Assembly: GCA_951406725.2 (NCBI GenBank)
Contig: OX597816.1
Location: 120,404,001 to 120,468,000 of the forward strand
Direction of reading: 5' to 3'
Length of the DNA: 64,000 nucleotides
Source of the DNA: Octopus vulgaris
Lineage: Eukaryota
Both the position numbers and the translations under genes were made by a program. This document shows positions 57,834 to 64,000 of the stretch, piece after piece (within the stretch, counting starts at the first letter, position 1; every line of letters starts with the position of its first letter). The notes under the pieces were generated by a model. It ran no database searches, had not been told where the DNA came from, and was given only the letters and a program-made list of their open reading frames with translations.

Positions 57834-60112
57834 TATTGTCTGGCCTATTCGCATCTATCTTTCTGTCAGTTTGAATGGTGAAGTTCCAGAGGAGTGAGAT
57901 GTAATCCTTTTCAAGTACTGGAGGTGGTTTGTGTTCCCACCAGTTTTTATCATAGGGCATGTCCAGGTTTTTGCAAATTACCCAGTGAATATATTGTGCA
58001 GCTCTATCATGCCTGTTGGGATACTCTGTACGCGCAAGAAGACTGCACTTGGAGACAACATGATCAATGGTTTTATTTTGTTGTTGACATACACGACAGG
58101 TTGTGCTATTGCCGTTTTTTAATGTATTGGCCTAGTAGTTCTTTGTAGGTAGGCATTGATCTTGGAGTGCTATGATAAACCCTTCTGTTTCAGATTTTAA
58201 GCCAGAGGCCATTAGCCATTGATGGATAAGGGCTTTGTCAACATCGGCACTATTCGCTCTCTTTGGGTATTTGCCATTGAGAGGTTTTACTTGCCATTTA
58301 TCATTCAGAATATCTAAGGCAGCAGTTTTAGCACGGATTTACATGTGCTTAGCTTTTTCTGCGCCTGTTTCTCGTATGTCTAATTCCGGAATTTGTTGTA
58401 TTTGGAATTCACTTAGATATTTTTTTTACCTGTTTTGTTACTGAGCATGATGCTTTCTTGTTTTCATGTTTTGAGACAAAATTTAACATCCAGTCCTCAG
58501 AGTTTTTCAGGTAGGTGTCTAGGCCAATTGTGGCAATCTTCATTGTTATTGCCAGTTGTAAAAGTCCACGGCCTCCCTCTTTTTTTTTCTTGGCAGATAA
58601 AGTCCTTCTATATCTGCCTTAGGGTGGTGCTTTCTATACATTGTCAAAAGTTTTCATATTTTTCTGTCAAGATTAAATATTTCCGTAATTGACCAGTTAT
58701 CGATATTGAAACTGTAAGTCACGACTGGTATGGCTAAAGCGTTGATCGCTTCGATCCTGTTTCTCGCATTCAGCTCTATTTTGAGTATTGTTCTTACTCT
58801 GCGATAACATTCTCTCCTGATCCTTTCCTTCATCACTGAATGCCTGATTCCGTCCCCTTCAGTTACCCCTAAGAAGTTGTATCTCTCCGCTGGGACTAAC
58901 TCTTTTATGATATTCTGTTGGTCATGGTTAACGTTAGATGTTTCTGTCATTTTTCCTTTGATAAAGGTAGCTTTTGCACATTTATCGAGGCCAAATTGCA
59001 TTCTGATGTTATCACTGAATTGTTTAACAATCGCTAGTAAGCTCTTAAGATGTTGGTCATTTTTTGCAAAGAGCTTTAAATCATCCATGTAAATGAGATG
59101 ATTTATATTTTTATCAAACATTTTATAACCGTACTGTGCATCATTGAGCAATTTTGAGAGAAGTATTAAAGCTAAACAAAAGAGGGGTGGTGATAGTCAC
59201 CACTGGAAAATGCCACATGAAATTTTTACATCTCCAACATTTAGAGATTCATTGTCACTGTTCAAAGTTAGTGTGGTTCTCCATGATCTCATACTTGCAG
59301 ACAAAAAGTTTTGCAGAGTAGGCGCTATTTTATACATTTCCAGACATTTCTTAATCCAGCTATGTGGTAGGGTATCAAAAGCTTTTTTATAGTCTATCCA
59401 GGTTATTGACAAGTTTTTGGTGTCGTTTGTGACAATCTTCTAAGATCATCTTATTGATGAGTAGCTGATCATTACAACCATAGGATCCACGTTTACATCC
59501 TTTTTGCTCCTTAGGGAATATGCTGCTTTCTATTAAAAAACTATACATATATTTAATCAGGATAGATGCTAGCGTTTTATACATTGTTGTTAAGCAGGTT
59601 ATGACTATAATTTTTTGGTTCATTTGTTTCTTCATTTTTTGGAAGCAGGAATGTTAAACCATTAACTAGCCAAGAGAGCATCATGCTAGCGTTGTAAAGT
59701 TCTGTTAGCAGTTCATGGCCCTCTGGGAAAACATTGAACCAGAAGTTAGGAATTTTATCCTTTCCTGGAGACTTCCATTTGGTTGACCTCCACTTTTGCT
59801 CCTCTAAGTAGTCCAAGTCTATAGATATTCTATTAATCCAAAGGGCCTTTTCGTTGTGTGTTTTTCTTCTACCCAAATTTTATTCCAAAATCCCTGCACT
59901 TCTTCTTTTGATGGGACAGACTTTACAGTAACTGTTTTCCCTATCTTCCGTAAAACATTTTGGGGTTATTTTTGAACATGTTGTCCTTGAAGAATCTAAC
60001 ACGCTTTTCATACCTCGCTAAGCACATACCTTTTGCTTGATGGTTTCTATGGTGGCATCAATGTCAAGTATGGTTTTCATATATTTTTTCTTTACTTTTC
60101 GGGTTTTTGTAG
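57834..60112 (-). mobile_element. Degenerate R4/Dong LINE (RT to start of endonuclease)
   Basis: WKSPGKDKIPNFW, EQKGCKRGSYGC, WIDYKKAFD, HLIYMDDLKLF, WNFTIQTDRKIDANRPD; many frameshifts; (TTA)n at its 5' side. Confidence 0.93.
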
Positions 60113-60124
60113 TTATTATTATTA

Positions 60125-60224
<100 letters not shown>

Positions 60225-60229
60225 CATAA

Positions 60230-61500
60230 ACTAGCAAATTCATGCTAGTTAGTACTGCAGCAGTTGGTGCATATCTGTGTTACTAAGGTGTATACAGTAT
60301 TGTGTTCTTATTTTGCAAAGGTCGAAGAGAGTACACACTCCTCTTGCTGGGGGGGGGGGGCGTCAATCTTGTAGAGTATATGTTGTGGGTGTTGTGTGGT
60401 TTTAGATTGTTAGGTACTTATCGTATAGTCTGTGTGTTGTGGGTGAATATTGTTCTGAGTTATTCTACTGAATCAACAGTTTGTTGCGCTAGATGTGGGC
60501 TGTTTCTAGCAGAGTTAGGGAAAGTCCAAACTATTGTATTATTTTATTCTTCTAATTGTTTGTCGCCAAATATTGGGCTTGTGCAGCGAGAATAAGTCAT
60601 GTTTCTACTTTTGAGCCTGCGCTTTTGAGCCTGCGCTTTTGAGCCATTTTAAACTTTCACTTTGGCTCACATCTAGTTTAACATGCCTTGCAGAGTATTA
60701 GCCTTAGAGTGGTTTTCTTCCCCATTTCTTCTTGAGTGTGTTTGGTAATTTTGTTTTCGTGTGTTTTGTCTCTTTAACCGTTTCTGGTGTGTTGCTATTT
60801 AAATTTATTGCTCTAGTATCGGCAATTTGTTTTGCATTTTATCGTTTCTTTGTGTATAGAGAAATGTTTGTTTTCTCATGAATCTATTGCATTTATGAGT
60901 CTTTCATTATTTGTTTGTAAGTATTTATCCAGTTCTCCTGTTTATATTTTACAGAAGTTTTGTATTTATTTGTCTCAGGCCACGCCCTTCTTATATGCAG
61001 GTTAGGTATATTTTATCTATATGTGCTTTAATGCAGTGGCTTCGGTATGGTGTCAGTAGTTTCTTGGTTTTTCTATCCAAATTTTTTTACATAGATTCTA
61101 GTTTATTACAGTGAAATTGTATTTTATAAAGTGTATGGTTAGCGTATTTATGCCTATTATCATATTTCTAGCATTGGATTCGGTATTTTGATATTCTTTT
61201 AGTATTCTTTCCTTAATTGTCTCTTCCAATTCCATGTGTTGTGTTTCAGCAGTTTCATTTCTTTGGTGATTATGATCTGATACTCTAATTTCAGTGTCTC
61301 TGTCGAGAGTAATATTCTCAGTGCTGGTTAATTTGCTCCTCCATCATATCGCTTTGGCGCATGTGTTTAGTCCCATAATTATCATTATGCTTTTGCTGAA
61401 AACTATGGAGTATTTTAAAGTTTTCTAATTCATTTTTATTCCTTGTAAAAGATTTTTCAGTCATCCATATACAGCAAATGATGCGTAATACATGAGAGTT
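60230..61500 (-). mobile_element. Degenerate R4-type LINE related to 21735-23860
   Basis: 'gatgtgggctgtttctagcag' and 'ttttgagccatt' shared with 22994-23012 and 23630-23660. Confidence 0.7.
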
Positions 61501-61901
61501 ACATTCAGCTCATTATTATTTTTGTCATAGTCACTATTATCTTTTGAGCAGTACTATGGAGATTGATATCATTAGTGATGTCACTAATATTATTATCATC
61601 ACTATTATTATTTTAAAAATGGTTATTATTATTGTTGTTGTTGCTGTTATTACTATTATTGTAGTTGCTGTTCTTGTTATTTGAGCAGTACTATCGTCAT
61701 TGCTGCTATCTTTGGCATTATATCCAACTGTTTTATGTGTTTGTATATATGTATATTTGAGCATATGTATATATGTTTCTGAATGTGCATGTAAGTATAT
61801 ATATGTGTGCGTGCGTGTGTGTGTATGTGCGTGTGCGCGTGTGTGTGTGTGTGTGTGTGTGAGTGTGTGTATACGTGCCTGTATATGTATATGTTTCTAT
61901 A

Positions 61902-61941
<40 letters not shown>

Positions 61942-61963
61942 TGTGTATCTATGTATGTATATA

Positions 61964-63181
61964 TTAGGTTGTTTCACATGAAAAGTCGTACTTGAAAGGT
62001 AACAATAAAATGTTTCAGAAGTGTTAGAGAAATGATTTATTTAATCAAAGTATGATCGATGTTCATTTACGACGTTTACCCAACGTTTCTCTATGTCATA
62101 TATTCCATCTTTAAAAAAAAAATCATCTTTTGCCGTGATAAACTGTCCGAATGCTTCAATTACCTCTTCTCTATTTAAGAATGTCTTATTGCTTATAAAA
62201 AGCTTAAAATGCTTAAATAAGTGATGATCAATAGGGGGAATATCTGGGGAATAGGGAGCCTCTTGCAAAATCTCATAATTCAGGCTTTACAACTTTTGGA
62301 CCATAGCTTGAGAAGTGTGAGGACGTGCATTGTCGTGGAGCAAAAATGGGCCATCTCTTTTCACTAGTCTGGGTTGCTTCCTTTTCAAATTCTCATGTAT
62401 TCAATCAATTTCCTAGCAATACGATATTACTGTTACCGTTTTTTCTTGTTGCACAAATGAATAATGAATAACTCCCTTCGCAGACCACCATACAGTGGCC
62501 ACTAACTTTTTAGGGTGCGATGGTTGGTTGGGTAGTGTTTAGGTGACTCTTCTGCATCTAATCACTGTCCTGTTATTCTGCTGTTGTCAAAGAGTATTAA
62601 TTTCTCATCACAAGTAATGATTTGATACAAAAATTGTCTTTTTCCAGCCGAGAAAGCAATAAGGCGTCTGTTTTTTTAAAATCTCGTTCAGTTGATGTGG
62701 AACAAACCTAACCGTTTTCTTGACTTTTCCAATTTTTTACAGGTGTCCAAAAACAGTTGTACAAGATGTTTGGGGCTCTGATAAAAGTTTACGAACCTTT
62801 GTTCTCGGATTTTGTTCAACCAAAGCATTTAACCTATCATGCTGAATAACTAATTTTGGCCTACCCCTTGGTTTACTTTCTCCTGAATGAGAGCTTTAGA
62901 ACCATCTCTGAATAGTCAATAAAACAATTATCAAAGGCCCGCTTGATATTCCATTGAGGTTTTGCGGCAGAATGACCCAGTTTGTACTCATACGAGAAAA
63001 TTACTCAACAAAGTTTGGCTGTTATCGTTTTCATAAAGACTGTGGGTACGAATTTTGTATACCAATATTGTTGGGGAGAAAAAAAGAGTCAAGATTAAAT
63101 GCAAGGTATACATAATTGAGTTTTTAAATGACTGAAATAACAAGTAATTAAAAATGCGACATTTCATGTGAAACAACCTTA
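61964..63181 (-). mobile_element. Near full-length mariner element with a pseudogenised transposase
   Basis: TIRs ttaggttgtttcacatgaaaagtcg / cgacatttcatgtgaaacaacctta with TA flanks; ITCDEK, LLHDNARPHT, PYSPDIPPIDHHLF, RWVNVVNEHRSYFD. Confidence 0.93.
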
Positions 63182-63754
63182 TATATATATATATATGTGT
63201 ATGTGTATATGCGTGTGTGTGTGTGTGTGTATTTATACCTACGTATGGGTATGCGTATACATATATGTGTACGTATCTCTGCTGTTTGAAAACACCGAGT
63301 GTATAAGTATGTGTTGCCTCTCTGTGTGTGTTTGTATGTGTGTGTGTAGGAAGGCCAGTCAGCACTCAACCTTAACCCTTGTACGTTTTAGGGCGTGGAT
63401 GCCATAAATTTCCTTCAACCCAGACAAACACAATTAGCAATGCTAACTTTCTGTCTAGCCTCTCATATTCCTAACTATTCTTTTTTACTTTTGCAACTTG
63501 CGTCCTTTTATACGCCCCGCCTTTGCTTTATCTCATCCCTCTTAATCCTTTAAATTTATTTGTTTTTCCTTCAGGATTCGGGTCACTCTATCTCGAAGAC
63601 CCACTCTTAGTCGAACCGGCTTGACTTCACAGCCACCTATCTATACTGAGTTATGTTTCCTTAATCATGTTTTTATATACTTTTAATTACTTGTGTTACC
63701 CTTTCTTTTTCCGTTTTTTCTTTCTCCCTTTCTATCATAGTTTGAACTAAGATT

Positions 63755-63853
<99 letters not shown>

Positions 63854-64000
63854 AGAAAATTGATTCCACACATTGGATTTCAACATATCTGACGGTTTGG
63901 TTGATGATCGATTTAATATGTAATAATTATTAATCATGGATTACCAACTAATAAAACGACCGTAACGAATTATTTACAATACCAACTATTTGTATTCTGC

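Noticed and set aside
63570-63630. Possible decayed HHR (ctcgaaga...gtcgaacc)
   Set aside because: Neither core segment is canonical

Overview
AT-rich, microsatellite-dense eukaryotic DNA. The SINE and LINE types suggest a cephalopod such as octopus, but that is inference. I see no supportable host protein-coding gene: almost all listed ORFs are microsatellite artefacts or transposon debris. The contents are (1) one uninterrupted R4/Dong-clade non-LTR retrotransposon ORF (17923-21468, minus strand; RT, CCHC and restriction-like endonuclease; catalytic YMDD reads YMVD), plus many truncated R4-type copies stacked in (TAA)n tracts; (2) Penelope-like element (PLE) remnants with RT and GIY-YIG motifs; (3) HERO- and CR1-like LINE fragments; (4) mariner and maT remnants, two mariner MITEs and a foldback-like element; (5) several tRNA-derived SINE families. 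The strongest unannotated signal is about a dozen type-I hammerhead ribozyme (HHR) motifs, found by eye, in short non-coding repeats that are often inverted or hairpin-shaped and lie next to (TA)n. One is a composite of a tRNA head, an (AAT)n tract and an HHR, with an inverted 5' copy; it looks like a PLE-mobilised SINE. Family names rest on recognised motifs, not database searches, and boundaries of decayed copies are approximate.
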